Under the pieces are notes generated by a model. That model saw only the letters and a program-made list of their open reading frames with translations, was not told the DNA's origin and made no database searches. A stretch of DNA of 63,309 bases, the filler included, from Octopus bimaculoides (Eukaryota): NCBI RefSeq assembly GCF_001194135.2. It is 6 parts of 5 records of this genome, joined end to end, with 100 filler letters (N's around TTAATTAATTAA, not from the genome) between each part and the next. Parts side by side here need not be neighbours in the genome. Positions count along the whole stretch, not along the records: positions 7,492 to 35,276 come from NC_069004.1; positions 35,377 to 42,965 come from NC_069005.1; 4 more parts are not named here. One strand, 5' to 3'. The translations under genes were made by a program, and so were the position numbers. Below are positions 23,843 to 35,887 of this stretch, piece by piece. Numbering within the stretch: position 1 is the first letter of the stretch; each line of letters starts with the position of its first letter.

Positions 23843-25911
23843 TTCTTTTATTTGCCACACAGGGCTCAACATAGATGGGACAAATACAATGTAGAGTTTT
23901 TTCTTTTCGATGGGGACGAAAATAAAGTTTAAAAAATTAAAATGGGGATAACGGTGTAAAGGCATCGAGAAAACGTTTGGGGTATGTAGAAAAAAATATA
24001 TAGATAGATAGACAGACAGCTAAATAGATACGACAGGATTCTAATATTTCTCGTCTGCTAAATCCACTCATAGATAGACACGTTCGTATGCGTGTGTGCA
24101 CACACGAAACAAGTTTTACGGACAAGGGGAGAAAACTCTTACTGGATGAAAAAACAAAGTTTACAATTATGACAGCTTGTTTGTTTTCTGCGAACGTATT
24201 ACAGTTGTTTGACCAACGAATCAAGCTGTGCGGTAGTTTAGGTGGCTGAGTACACCACAGACAAGTGTCCCTTAAACATAATTACCTTGTAAAATCATTG
24301 CGGCGTGCTGTGACAAAGATAATTTAAATGCGGAAGTAAGAGGATTCTCTCCAGTTTCCTTACTACCCAATTTGCATCGCGTGACTTTAGTCGACTCGAG
24401 ACTAACGGAAGCAGTATTTTCTCAATATGCCATTCGATTGAATCGAACCTGGAATTTCATATCGCAAGATGAACTTCTTTAACCATTCGACTATGCCAAG
24501 CTCCTGATAGCGCTACACATGCAGTGGTACTCAACCGAGATCCATATCACTCCTGGCGTGCGCATATAAGGCTTTTGGGGATCTACGTAAGCAAAATAGT
24601 AAATTGGGGGATCCTCAGTAGTATTTTAAGAGTCCATGAAAAATCCCTGGATTTAGATGTATTGGTGGGGTTCTGGTTTAAGCATCTCAAATAACCCCAT
24701 ACAACATTCTTATTTTTTGGGGAATTTTCAGATAATTTTTGCGAATGTGTGTTCTACTCACGGGAATTCGTACGATAATGCAAAAAGCAAAACAAAANNN
24801 NNNNNNNNNNNNNNNNNNNNNNNNNNNNNNNNNNNNNNNNNNNNNNNNNNNNNNNNNNNNNNNNNNNNNNNNNNNNNNNNNNNNNNNNNNNNNNNNNNNN
24901 NNNNNNNNNNNNNNNNNNNNNNNNNNNNNNNNNNNNNNNNNNNNNNNNNNNNNNNNNNNNNNNNNNNNNNNNNNNNNNNNNNNNNNNNNNNNNNNNNNNN
25001 NNNNNNNNNNNNNNNNNNNNNNNNNNNNNNNNNNNNNNNNNNNNNNNNNNNNNNNNNNNNNNNNNNNNNNNNNNNNNNNNNNNNNNNNNNNNNNNNNNNN
25101 NNNNNNNNNNNNNNNNNNNNNNNNNNNNNNNNNNNNNNNNNNNNNNNNNNNNNNNNNNNNNNNNNNNNNNNNNNNNNNNNNNNNNNNNNNNNNNNNNNNN
25201 NNNNNNNNNNNNNNNNNNNNNNNNNNNNNNNNNNNNNNNNNNNNNNNNNNNNNNNNNNNNNNNNNNNNNNNNNNNNNNNNNNNNNNNNNNNNNNNNNNNN
25301 NNNNNNNNNNNNNNNNNNNNNNNNNNNNNNNNNNNNNNNNNNNNNNNNNNNNNNNNNNNNNGAGAGAGACAAAGAGACAGAGAGAGAGACAGAGAGACAG
25401 ACAGAGAGACACAGAGAGACAGACAGAGAGACACAGAGAGACAGACAGAGAGACACAGAGAGACAGACAGAGAGACACAGAGAGACAGAGATATGCATGT
25501 ATGCATACAGTTCCTCAAAATATGTTTTTCATATAACGAGCACCCTTGTAAACATACATATAAACATGCGCGCGTGCGGGCGCTTAGTTATAGATGTATA
25601 GATATACATATAACTATATACACATGCGTGTGAATGTGCGTATGCTGTAGCGTACGTAGATTCCACCGCAAGCAAATTTCCAAGCAAGTAGTGACTACTT
25701 CATAAAGACATAAGCGAGAACGAGGCTGCCAGGAGTGATTAGTCGTGGCCAGTTGTCTAGAAACACGGCGACTCGATCCGTTGACTCCTGGCTTCGTCCT
25801 GCTTGTTTTTTGTCACCTGTTGGTAGTGTAGACAGTAAAAACATTCCCAACACGACCACCGCGTCGACGAAGAAGGAGAGGAAGCAGCTAGTATATAACA
25901 AAGTTACTTAC

Positions 25912-25939
25912 ATAATGGAGTGAAATGTATTTTTGTGAA
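25912..25939 (-). other. Candidate upstream micro-exon (28 nt)
   Basis: Acceptor TTTGGTCAGTCAG|, donor |GTAAGT; assignment to gene A is speculative. Confidence 0.25.
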
Positions 25940-26820
25940 CTGACTGACCAAATATAAATATATATATTTGGCTGTCCCGCCCAGCTGCAGAAATATATAC
26001 ACATTATACATACATATATATATATATTTATATATGTGTGTGATGTAGATATATATATATCCGTATATATATATATATATATATATATATATNNNNNNNN
26101 NNNNNNNNNNNNNNNNNNNNNNNNNNNNNNNNNNNNNNNNNNNNNNNNNNNNNNNNNNNNNNNNNNNNNNNNNNNNNNNNNNNNNNNNNNNNNNNNNNNN
26201 NNNNNNNNNNNNNNNNNNNNNNNNNNNNNNNNNNNNNNNNNNNNNNNNNNNNNNNNNNNNNNNNNNNNNNNNNNNNNNNNNNNNNNNNNNNNNNNNNNNN
26301 NNNNNNNNNNNNNNNNNNNNNNNNNNNNNNNNNNNNNNNNNNNNNNNNNNNNNNNNNNNNNNNNNNNNNNNNNNNNNNNNNNNNNNNNNNNNNNNNNNNN
26401 NNNNNNNNNNNNNNNNNNNNNNNNNNNNNNNNNNNNNNNNNNNNNNNNNNNNNNNNNNNNNNNNNNNNNNNNNNNNNNNNNNNNNNNNNNNNNNNNNNNN
26501 NNNNNNNNNNNNNNNNNNNNNNNNNNNNNNNNNNNNNNNNNNNNNNNNNNNNNNNNNNNNNNNNNNNNNNNNNNNNNNNNNNNNNNNNNNNNNNNNNNNN
26601 NNNNNNNNNNNNNNNNNNNNNNNNNNNNNNNNNNNNNNNNNNNNNNNNNNNNNNNNNNNNNNNNNNNNNNNNNNNNNNNNNNNNNNNNNNNNNNNNNNNN
26701 NNNNNNNNNNNNNNNTACAACACATTATTATTAATATAATTATCATTGATGCTGTTCTGCTTTACAGACTTTTGTTAACTAACCCCTAACCCCTAAAATT
26801 AAAACAATATAGTGCGCACC

Positions 26821-26863
<43 letters not shown>

Positions 26864-27504
26864 TAAGCTCACTAACATGGGCTATCTTGGATTTGAACTG
26901 CGGAAATTGAGAAAAAGAAAACAAACTATTTTTAGCAAATTGATTTTTATATATACCTGCCTGAATAGACATTATTACTGATCAATGAGATACAATATTC
27001 TCAACTTTCATTATGTGATTTTACATGCCTTGAATAACTATTACGTTAATATAAATTAAAATGATGTTCATATCAAAGATAGGTCTAGCTATGTCTATCT
27101 AGGAATATATTTTGTTCGTTGATGCGGTTCTTGATTTCCGCAGTCAAAATACAATTTAACCTGGCACCTGTTGACATCTTGTGCTCTATAGAGGTTTCTT
27201 TATTATTATCATTATTATTATTATTATTATTATGATTATTATTATTATTATTATCTACCAGATACAAAAAAAAATAAAGCATATCTGATATTTATTTCGT
27301 TTTGTAATTTTGATTATGTTTTTGTTTCCGGTATTTCATCCTTGGCTGTTGTATTTGTGATTAACGTCTTATCATGTCTTACGCAAACAGGCACCACTCA
27401 CCTCACTAGAAACAAAGCCTTAACTCCCTCCCACCGCTTGTGGATATGATTTGTCCTTGTAACGTCCCATCAACGGTAGCCATTGCGGTAAATAAAGAAA
27501 TAAA

Positions 27505-27970
27505 CGTTAAAGCGTTGAGAAAAAGAAAGAAAAAAAGATGCTTTGCGATATTTGTTCCGGTTCTTTGCGTTCTGAGAGACCAACTTTGCCTTTTGTTCTT
27601 TCGGGGTCGATAAAGTAAAGTACCAGTCAAGTACTAGGGTCGATGATATCGACAAGGCCACTCCCTTCAAAACTGATCTCCTTGTGCCAAAATTAGAAAG
27701 AATTATTAAAGGTGGTGGGGTGGGGTTGATAGAATCAGTAGAGCATTGAACAAAATAAAATGCCTTGCGGTGTTTTTGTTTTGTTCCTCTTCTTTTTTTT
27801 TTTTTCTAATACTGATTCTTTACGTTCTGAGTTCAAATTCCACCGAGGCCAACTTTGCCTTTCATGCTTTTTTGGTATCTATTAAATAAAGTACCAGTCA
27901 AGTTCTCCCTGTTGATGTAATCGAGTGACACCCTCCAAAATTCCTAGCCTTGTTTCAAAATTTAAAACGA
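27505..27970 (+). mobile_element. Two tandem diverged SINE family B copies
   Basis: GCCAACTTTGCCTTT and GTACCAGTCAAG motifs occur twice. Confidence 0.7.
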
Positions 27971-28513
27971 TTGACAAAGTTGGCAAAGCGTCGGACAAAA
28001 ATAGCCCCGAAATAAATCTTGCTTTCCATCGAAGGCATTTTTCTTTGTTTTTGTTTTTTGTTTCTTAAGTTATTCGGACGCAAAACATCGGTCGTGTTTA
28101 CTTTGTTGTGTTTACATAAATGCATCAAACACAACCACGTCCGTATCTATGCATTTGTCTCCTTCCTATCACTGTCTGTCCATCTATCTTTGTCTACCTT
28201 TGCTGTGTTTTACACAGATACATATTACCTGTCACAGGTATATCTATCTATTGTCTTTTTCTCTCGATCTGTCTGTCAGTCTATCTGTCTTTCTATTCAT
28301 ACTTCTGTCTGTCTCTGTCTATCCATCTTTTTGTCTGTCTGTCTATATGTCTATTTGCTTTTCTGTCTACCGATCACTCTGTCTACCTGGTGTCTTTTCT
28401 GTTTACCCGGTGCAGTCTTCTGTCTAGTCAGCTCCTCTCAGACCATCCCAGTTCATGCCAGCATGGAAGATGGACATTAAATGATGATGATTGTGATGAC
28501 ACACACGTATAAA

Positions 28514-28680
28514 GGTGCAGGAGTGGCTATGTGTAGTAAGAAGCTTCCTTCCCAACCACATGGTTCCAGGTTCAGTTCCACTGTGTGGCACCTTGGGCAA
28601 GTGTCCTCTACAATAGCCTCGGGCTGATCAAAGCCTTATGAGTAGATTTGGTAAAATCTGAAACTGAAATAAGCCTGTCG

Positions 28681-28725
<45 letters not shown>

Positions 28726-28855
28726 TTGTGTGTCTTTGTTCCTCCACCATCGCTTGACAACTGATGTTGGTCTGTTTACATCCCTGTAACTTAGTGGCTC
28801 AGCAAAAGAGAACCAATAGAATAAGTACTAGTCTTACAAAGAACAAGTCCTGGGG
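28514..28855 (+). mobile_element. SINE family A
   Basis: Head, internal tract and truncated tail. Confidence 0.85.
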
Positions 28856-28864
28856 TGTTAAAAC

Positions 28865-29290
28865 ACGGCACAAACTTTTTTCCCAATCTAACATTTCCCC
28901 TGTAAAGTATGTACCCCTAATCTAAGCCTAATTATTCTGTCACCTACTCTGACTACTTCGTTTACTTGATTCTATTTCTTTGCAATAATATACCTTCTTT
29001 ACCCATTCCAGTATTTTTACCCACCCTGAAGAATCTGTACCTATATCCTTGCCTGTGAAAGGTTTCACTGCAGCTCCCTTTCCTCTCACCTGTATACAGT
29101 ATATATATCTACACCGTCTGCTCTGGCACCTCTACAATCTCTCTCAACCTACTTTTCATCATGCCATTGTTGAATGTTGGTAAAGCTAAAGTTTCACCCC
29201 TGACAGTGAGAGAAGCATTCCCATTGATAGCAGCAACGGGAAGGAAGGTTGCTTGATGTTCCTCTGCAACTGAAAGAAAGATAGTTGATG
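28865..29290 (-). mobile_element. RTE LINE AP-endonuclease N-terminal fragment
   Basis: TFNNGMMKSRLREIVEV...VDIYCIQ...TGK...EVVRVGDRIIRLRLG. Confidence 0.75.
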
Positions 29291-30287
29291 AGATCTCATG
29301 ATAGTGGTGCAGCGGTATTCACACTTAGTTACACCACAGCCATGTGCAACACTCACATGGTTAGTTTTAAGGCTGTGGATGTTATTGGCATCGTCAACAT
29401 CTGCTTTCCATGCTGGCATGGGTTGGATGGTTTTACAGGATCCAGTAACCTGCAGTGTCAGCTTTGGCATAGTTTCTACTGCTCAATGCCCTTCCTAATG
29501 CCAACCACTTTATAGTGTGTATTGAGTGCTCTTTTACATGCCAGCAGCATTAATGAGATTGCCAAGTAACTTTTTGTGGCTGTCATGTTTTAGGCATGGT
29601 CTCTACAGCTGGAACCCTTTCCTATTGACAGCATAATATACAACATGGACTGGATAAAATTTATTGTGCTACCAATACAAAACAATATCTTCCAGGACTT
29701 AAATGTTCTCTCTCCACTATATCAGATTTTATTTCAGCATAACTGCTCCCCTAGATGGGCTACCGTCACTGTGGCTTATGGAATCCATGTCTCTTCTGTA
29801 TGATTTGAGCAGGGCCATTTTTGAATTTTGAGTTGGTTTGTTTGGAGAGCCCAGCTTACTAAGTGGGTTAACTTCTTTACAAGCTAGCTGAGAAGCCCTA
29901 TTTCACCACGGTGTTGGGGAGTGGGGAAGGAGCAAGGTGACAAGGAAGTGCAAAGGGTCTTCAACATAATATCCCCAGCCATAAAATGTGACTGTGATGT
30001 AGAGCTGGAAATCTTTAGTTTCTGAGAATGTCGATCACATGGTGGTGACCTTATTAGGAATGAGGCTGTTTCTATGGTGTTACATTTGGGTCATCATGAC
30101 ACAGGAAGCTATCACTTGTCTCCTTTCTTGATATACATTCCAGCATAAACACAAATTCAGATCTTCTGTATATCTCTATATTCTAATGGGTCTTGGCTCT
30201 TTATTTACCTATATATTATGGTTTATAGAATGAGTTCTATGCCAAACATTAAATGGTGATCATGGTGATATATATATATATATATAT

Positions 30288-30512
30288 TTCTTTATTGCCT
30301 ACAAGGGGCTAAATATAGAGGCAACAAACAATAACAGACAAAGGGATTAAGTCAGTTACATCGACTCCAGTGCATAGCTGGTACTTATTTAATCGATCCT
30401 GAAAGGATGAAAGGCAAAGTTGATTTCGGCAGAATTTGAACTCAGAAACTAAAGACAGACAAAATACTACTAAGCATTTCACCCAGCATGCTAACAATTC
30501 TGCCAGCTTACC
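30288..30512 (-). mobile_element. SINE family B
   Basis: Reverse copy with extended tail. Confidence 0.82.
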
Positions 30513-30744
30513 AACGGTGATATATATATGCAACTATGTGTGTGTTATGTGTATTCATACATATATAAGATATATATGTGTATATATATATATATATATA
30601 TTATGCACATACATATACACACACGATAAGTGTGCATGTGTGTAGATATATATATATGTATGTATAGGTATATATATCTGTTATTTCAAAATAAAAGATG
30701 AACTTTGTTATGTAATGTTTAATGCATGTGTACGGACAGAGCTA

Positions 30745-31085
30745 CAGGTGTGGGTAAATGGTAACAAATTTGCTTTCTAACCACATGGTTCTGGGTTCAG
30801 TCTCACTGTGCAGCACCATGGCCAAGTTTCTTCTTCTATAGCTCCAGGTCAACCACAGCCTTGTGAGTGGATTTGATAGGTGAAAACTGAAAGAAGCCCA
30901 ACATATATGGATGTTGCAAAACGATTGTCAGTCATACAAGCAGTGTCATTCATTTTCAATATTCTGTGAGAACATGTTTGGCCATGGGGAAATATGAAGC
31001 TTATTACCTTGCTTTGGAATAAGTGAGGGCTGGCACCTCTCACTCTATCCAACCCATGCAAGCATGAACAAGTGGATATTTAAAT
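30745..31085 (+). mobile_element. SINE family A head with RTE-type 3' tail variant
   Basis: A head plus tail ...CCAACCCATGCAAGCATG...TAAATGA. Confidence 0.65.
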
Positions 31086-31149
31086 GAGAGAAAGAGAGAG
31101 AGAGACACACACACACACACACACACACACACCTTTTCTGATACCTCTT

Positions 31150-31187
<38 letters not shown>

Positions 31188-31197
31188 CAGCATCGAC

Positions 31198-31535
31198 ATG
31201 GCTAGTTGTACTGCTGCAGACCAGACGAATTCTGGCAAGGATTGTTCTGAAAGCGAAACAGAATTGGTGAAGGAAGAAGCAGCCAAACTAGACAAGAAGA
31301 AGAAGGTGGAGGCTAGAGAGGAGGGAGATGAAGAAGTGAAAGTCACTGCTGACCGGCTCAGCCCCCATGATGAGGAAACAGAGAAGCAAGTTGTTCTTGC
31401 CAGCAGACATATTGCCATGGCTCTAACCAAATCCAGTGCCATCGAGAAATATTTCTCCACCTGTCTTTTAGATGAAGAAGATGAAGCTCGCTTTGCAGAC
31501 TTTGACTCAGAGTTGCCGGATTTTCTCAGTCGGAC
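31198..31535 (+). CDS. Gene B coding exon 1 (MASCTAADQTNSGKDC...ELPDFLSR-T), acidic N-terminal domain of a 190-aa single-pass membrane protein
   Basis: Acceptor TTCACAG| (exon starts 31191), ATG at 31198, donor GAC|GTAAGT in phase 2; non-repetitive E/K/D-rich coding sequence. Confidence 0.85.
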
Positions 31536-31654
31536 GTAAGTGGATTTTTTTTTTGTTGTTGTTCTGGTTGTTGTTGTTTTTTAACCTCAGATCCACTTAT
31601 CCAGCAGATATGATTAGTCAAAGGCAATTCTATAAATCCACCATCATCATTTTC

Positions 31655-31940
31655 ATCATCATCGTTTAACGTCCGCTTTCCATGCTAGCATGGGTTGGAC
31701 GATTTGACTGAGGACTGGTGAAACCAGATGGCTACACCAGGCTCCAATCTGATCTGACAGTGTTTCTACAGCTGGATGCCCTTCCTAACGCCAACCACTC
31801 AGAGAGTGTAGTGGGTGCTTTTACGTGCCACCGGCACGAAGGCTAGTCAGGCGGTACTGGCAACGGCCATGCTCAAAATGGTGTATTTTATGTGCCACCT
31901 GCACAAGAGCCAGTCCAGAGGCACTGGCAACAATCTCACT
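31655..31940 (-). mobile_element. Non-autonomous RTE-related repeat
   Basis: GGTTGGCGTTAGGAAGGGCATCC core and RTE-type tail CCAACCCATGCTAGCATGGAAAGCGGACGTTAAACGATGATG. Relatives at about 28440-28490, 29365-29560, 32835-33180 and 38480-38820. Confidence 0.75.
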
Positions 31941-32366
31941 ATGATATATATAAGTGCTTCCGAAGAAAAAGGTGGAAAGTGGTCTGGAGTTCACTTATGC
32001 ATGTGTTATCTCTGGTTTTGACCAACCTCTGCACATTTCATTTAACTTCTGTACATACTCAGCCAGTAGTTTTTTGAATATTGTGTTGGTTTGTTTGGAG
32101 AGCCCAGCTTACTAGATGGGTCAACTTCTTTACAGCTAGCTGAGAAGCCCTATCTCACCATGGTGTTGGGGAGTGGGGAAGGAGCAAGGAGACAAGGAAG
32201 TGCAAAGGGTCTTCAACATAATATCACCAGCTATAAAATGTGACTGTGATGTAGAGCTCTTTCTTTTTCATGCATGTAATGTAATTAAATAACGTAAATA
32301 ATATTGTAAATAATAGCGTTATGAACCATTTAATTAAAAATGGCTTTTTGGTTTTTGTCTCATCAG

Positions 32367-32478
32367 GTTCTTCAGTCAAGATGCCAAATTCTTCTTCCTG
32401 ATATTCACTGCCTTCCTATTCTTTTCTGTTCTAATTCTCTTCATGATCCAAGCAAACTGTGCTTGGCATAACAATCAG
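32367..32478 (+). CDS. Gene B exon 2, transmembrane exon (FFSQDAKFFFLIFTAFLFFSVLILFMIQANCAWHNNQ)
   Basis: Acceptor TTTTTGTCTCATCAG|, donor CAG|GTAAGA; phase 2 in, phase 0 out; 20-residue hydrophobic stretch. Confidence 0.85.
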
Positions 32479-32593
32479 GTAAGATCACGTTGTTTGTTTG
32501 TTCCATCATCATCATTTAACGTCCATTGTCCATGCTGGCATGGGTCTCTGAGTGTTGTTGATATTGTTGTTGCTGTTGTTGCTGTTGAGTTGA

Positions 32594-32805
32594 TGAGCTG
32601 GCAAAATCATTAGCATGCTGGGCAAAATGCTTAGCAGCAGTTTACCTGTCATTATGTTCTGAATTCAAATTCCAAAGGTCAACTTGCCTTTCACCTTCTT
32701 TTGGAGGTTGATAAAATAAGTACTACTTGAGCACTGGGGTCGATGTAATCAACTAACCCCCTTCCCCAAAATTTCCAGCCTTGTTCCTATAGGAGAAAGG
32801 GTTAT
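32594..32805 (+). mobile_element. SINE family B (gene B intron 2)
   Basis: Forward copy. Confidence 0.82.
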
Positions 32806-33257
32806 TATCATTAGTACTAGTACTGCTGTTATTCATCATCATCATTTAACGCCCATTGTCCATGCTGGCATGGGTTGGACGGTTTGACCAGGGCTGGCCA
32901 GCTGGAAGGTAGTACCAGGCTGTAGTCTGATTTAGCACCGTTTCTACAACTGGATGCCCTTCCTAACACCAACCACTCTGAGAGTGTAATGGGTGCTTTT
33001 ACGTGCCACTGGCACAGATGCCATTTACGTGACACCAGTATCTGCCACGACTACGATTTCACTTGGCTTGATGGGTCTTCATCCCAAGCATGACATAATG
33101 CATCCGCTCAACTCTAAAAAGGAACTTTTCGTGTGCCACCAACATCAGCCAATGCTCAAAAGGTGCTTTTTATGTAGAAGTCGTGGTGGTGGTTTTTGTT
33201 TGTTGTTGTTGTTTGTTTGTTCCATTATATCTAAAAATGCTGTTTGGTCTCTTCCAG

Positions 33258-33380
33258 TTACTTGAACTGCTTGGACGAGAAGATTTCTCGCAGGATTTCT
33301 TTTACCTTCATTACTATGAGATGCCAGAAAGACGAGCCAGTCCGGGACTTCGAGTCAACACAAGCTGCTTCGTGCACTAA
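33258..33380 (+). CDS. Gene B terminal exon (LLELLGREDFSQDFFYLHYYEMPERRASPGLRVNTSCFVH*)
   Basis: Acceptor TTTGGTCTCTTCCAG|, phase 0, TAA stop, AATAAA 80 nt downstream. Confidence 0.75.
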   Translation, partial: LLELLGREDFSQDFFYLHYYEMPERRASPGLRVNTSCFVH

Positions 33381-33459
33381 CCCCACACACAGACACACAC
33401 ACACTCACACACACTCCCATTTGCTGTATAACAAACCCCATTTTGTGCAAACGCGAAAC

Positions 33460-33465
33460 AATAAA
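33460..33465 (+). promoter_or_regulatory. Putative polyadenylation signal of gene B
   Basis: AATAAA shortly after the stop codon; the motif is common in AT-rich DNA. Confidence 0.45.
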
Positions 33466-33678
33466 GAACTCTGCTAGGAATATTTGAAAGACCATAGTAT
33501 TGGTTGGAAATGTTACAAACTTTAATTCAATATGGTAGTAGTAAGAAAAATTACCCAACTATGCACACACACACACATACATATGGATTCTATTAGATTC
33601 ATATATATATATATATACACACATTAACACTTAAATTATATATATATATATATATATATGCATATATGTAGTGGGGTG

Positions 33679-33716
<38 letters not shown>

Positions 33717-33726
33717 NNNNNNNNNN

Positions 33727-33765
<39 letters not shown>

Positions 33766-33880
33766 AATTATTTTATATATATATTTATAGATATAGATAT
33801 GTATATTAATTAAATTTATATACATGCATATATATATATATATATAAAATTTAGAATTATAGGATATATATGGTGGGGTG

Positions 33881-33938
<58 letters not shown>

Positions 33939-33943
33939 TATAT

Positions 33944-33974
<31 letters not shown>

Positions 33975-34049
33975 CAGATGTTTATAATATGTACATACGC
34001 ATACGCACAACATACATAACATCGGTGTGTGTCTCTGTGGGTGGGTGTT

Positions 34050-34245
34050 TCATTTCTGTATTTCCGTTCCATGCTGTACTGAACATTGATCCGTCCTTGG
34101 ATGGTTCCAGTAACATATCAGTTTTTTTCCAGGAGAGAACATTGCTATCCCCTCCAGGAACTTTTCTCCATTTCTGTAGAAGCGATGCTGTAAGCGGTTG
34201 CCTCCTGCCACTCTCACAGCGGCGCCATTGTAGTCAATTTGAAGA
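34050..34245 (-). CDS. Candidate terminal exon of a third gene (LQIDYNGAAVRVAGGNRLQHRFYRNGEKFLEGIAMFSPGKKLICYWNHPRTDQCSVQHGTEIQK*)
   Basis: Acceptor GGTTCTTCCCTCTCAG|, 64 open codons in phase 2 to TGA, GC-balanced island between microsatellites; upstream partner uncertain. Confidence 0.45.
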
Positions 34246-34384
34246 CTGAGAGGGAAGAACCAGTATCATTACTTGACTAGTATTATATTAATCAACTCTC
34301 TGAAAGGATGTGATATACATATGCGTGTGTATGTGTGTGTGTTTGTATACATACGTATATATATATATATATATNNNNNNNNNN

Positions 34385-34519
34385 TTTATTATAATAATGA
34401 AAATGACCTATGATCATTTCGATGCAATATCCAGATTGATTCATGCATACTATAAAATATAAAATCAATCTAGATATTGCATCGAAATGATCATAGGTCA
34501 TTTTCATTATTATAATAAA
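34385..34519. repeat. Near-perfect inverted repeat, 57-bp arms (56/57), 21-nt loop
   Basis: Arms 34385-34441 and 34463-34519, checked by eye. Confidence 0.92.
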
Positions 34520-34579
34520 GTATTTTCAATGGATCAGTTTTGAGCTCTCATTTAAATCGATATAAATACAAAAACTCAC

Positions 34580-34624
34580 TTGTGAGTATTTTGCTACGTT
34601 TGTTAACAGATACAATATTTTTGC
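34580..34624 (-). other. Candidate 45-nt exon
   Basis: Acceptor AAAAAATTAG|, donor CAA|GTGAGT; open in phases 0 and 1 only. Confidence 0.3.
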
Positions 34625-35887
34625 CTAATTTTTTGGTATAAAAATATATATAAATACATATATATATATTTGTGTGTGTATGTATGTATGTACAATACAT
34701 ACATGTAATGTGTATATATGTGTGTGTTTGTGTCTATATTTACTAAGGTGTTTGTGTACAAGGCACAACCCTGTAAAATGTGGTGCGGCTGAAGTAGCAA
34801 AGAGTTGTGTCCCTTAGATATTACAGTCTGCATGCGACTTAGAAATGAGATTTTGAGAAAATTAATATTATCATTATTGTTACTATTATAATGTCGCCTC
34901 GTTTTTGTTTCTGAGGTAAATTCGCTAAAGAGATTCGAGGAATGGAATTGTCATTCTCTGGAATTTTCACAGAATGCTCTCGTAGAAAATCGCTAGATGA
35001 ATTTAAATATATTTTTAACACAACATGGAGTTCATTTTTCTTCATGATTTTCTTGCTGTCTCTAATAACTATCTATATATCTATTTCATTATGTGTGTGT
35101 ATGTAACTATATGAAATACGTATATGTGTTTATGTACACACATTTGACTATGTTTGATATCAGATCTGTTGGGTCTTTAGTTTCATGTTTCCTACATGTC
35201 TTTTATGATATAACTTTATTGTACACAAAAAAAGTCTTCAAAACAGCAAGGCATCTCATATATATATATATATATANNNNNNNNNNNNNNNNNNNNNNNN
35301 NNNNNNNNNNNNNNNNNNNNTTAATTAATTAANNNNNNNNNNNNNNNNNNNNNNNNNNNNNNNNNNNNNNNNNNNNGCTCATCATGGAAACCCCAGAATG
35401 TACTTGGTTGGTAGGTAGGTAGGTAGGTAGGGTATCTGAAGACACGGACGGCGAAGGGGGGGGGGAGTGCAAGGAGATAAGGGTAGGTGGGGGTAGGGGG
35501 TACGGAGTGCTGGATAATGTGGAGGATGTTTTAGCGACTGTTGAAACAAGTGGAAACGTTGGCAGGTGATAGCATGGCGGGCGGGTGAGGGGAGTGAGAG
35601 TGGGAAATTAAGGAGGAAGAAGAAGAAGAAGAAGAAGAAGAAGAGGACGTTTGGAATTTTATTATCTTTCGTGTGACTTCACGGAAACCATTTTCTTCAC
35701 TAGTGGAGATAACATATTTGATTAACTTGTAAATGAATCCCAAAAGACCGTGTGTGTGTGTATGTATAAATGCGTATGTATCTATATATGTATGAATGTG
35801 TGTGCGTATGTATTATATATATATATATGAGAGAAAGAGAGACATATTCATATACAAACCTAAAATTTATACACACACACTGTGTTG

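Larger units (their letters stand above)
29817..32258 (+). repeat. Direct repeat pair of about 190 bp (29817-30006 and 32070-32258)
   Basis: GTTGGTTTGTTTGGAGAGCCCAGCTTACT...TGTGACTGTGATGTAGAGCT twice, roughly 90% identical by eye. Confidence 0.9.

Noticed and set aside
25695-25923. Overlapping short ORFs, one with a hydrophobic run
   Set aside because: Adjacent splice-like sites give an implausible 24-nt intron; no consistent model.
26776-26800. Telomere-like CCCCTAA doublet
   Set aside because: Only two imperfect units.
32449-33380. KASH-domain resemblance in gene B (TM then CAWHNN...YLHY)
   Set aside because: No C-terminal PPPX and the luminal tail is too long (50 aa); similarity is limited to a few residues.
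35456-35500. G-quadruplex-like G runs; also (GC)n Z-DNA-like run at 9055-9087
   Set aside because: Common by-products of simple repeats with no supporting context.
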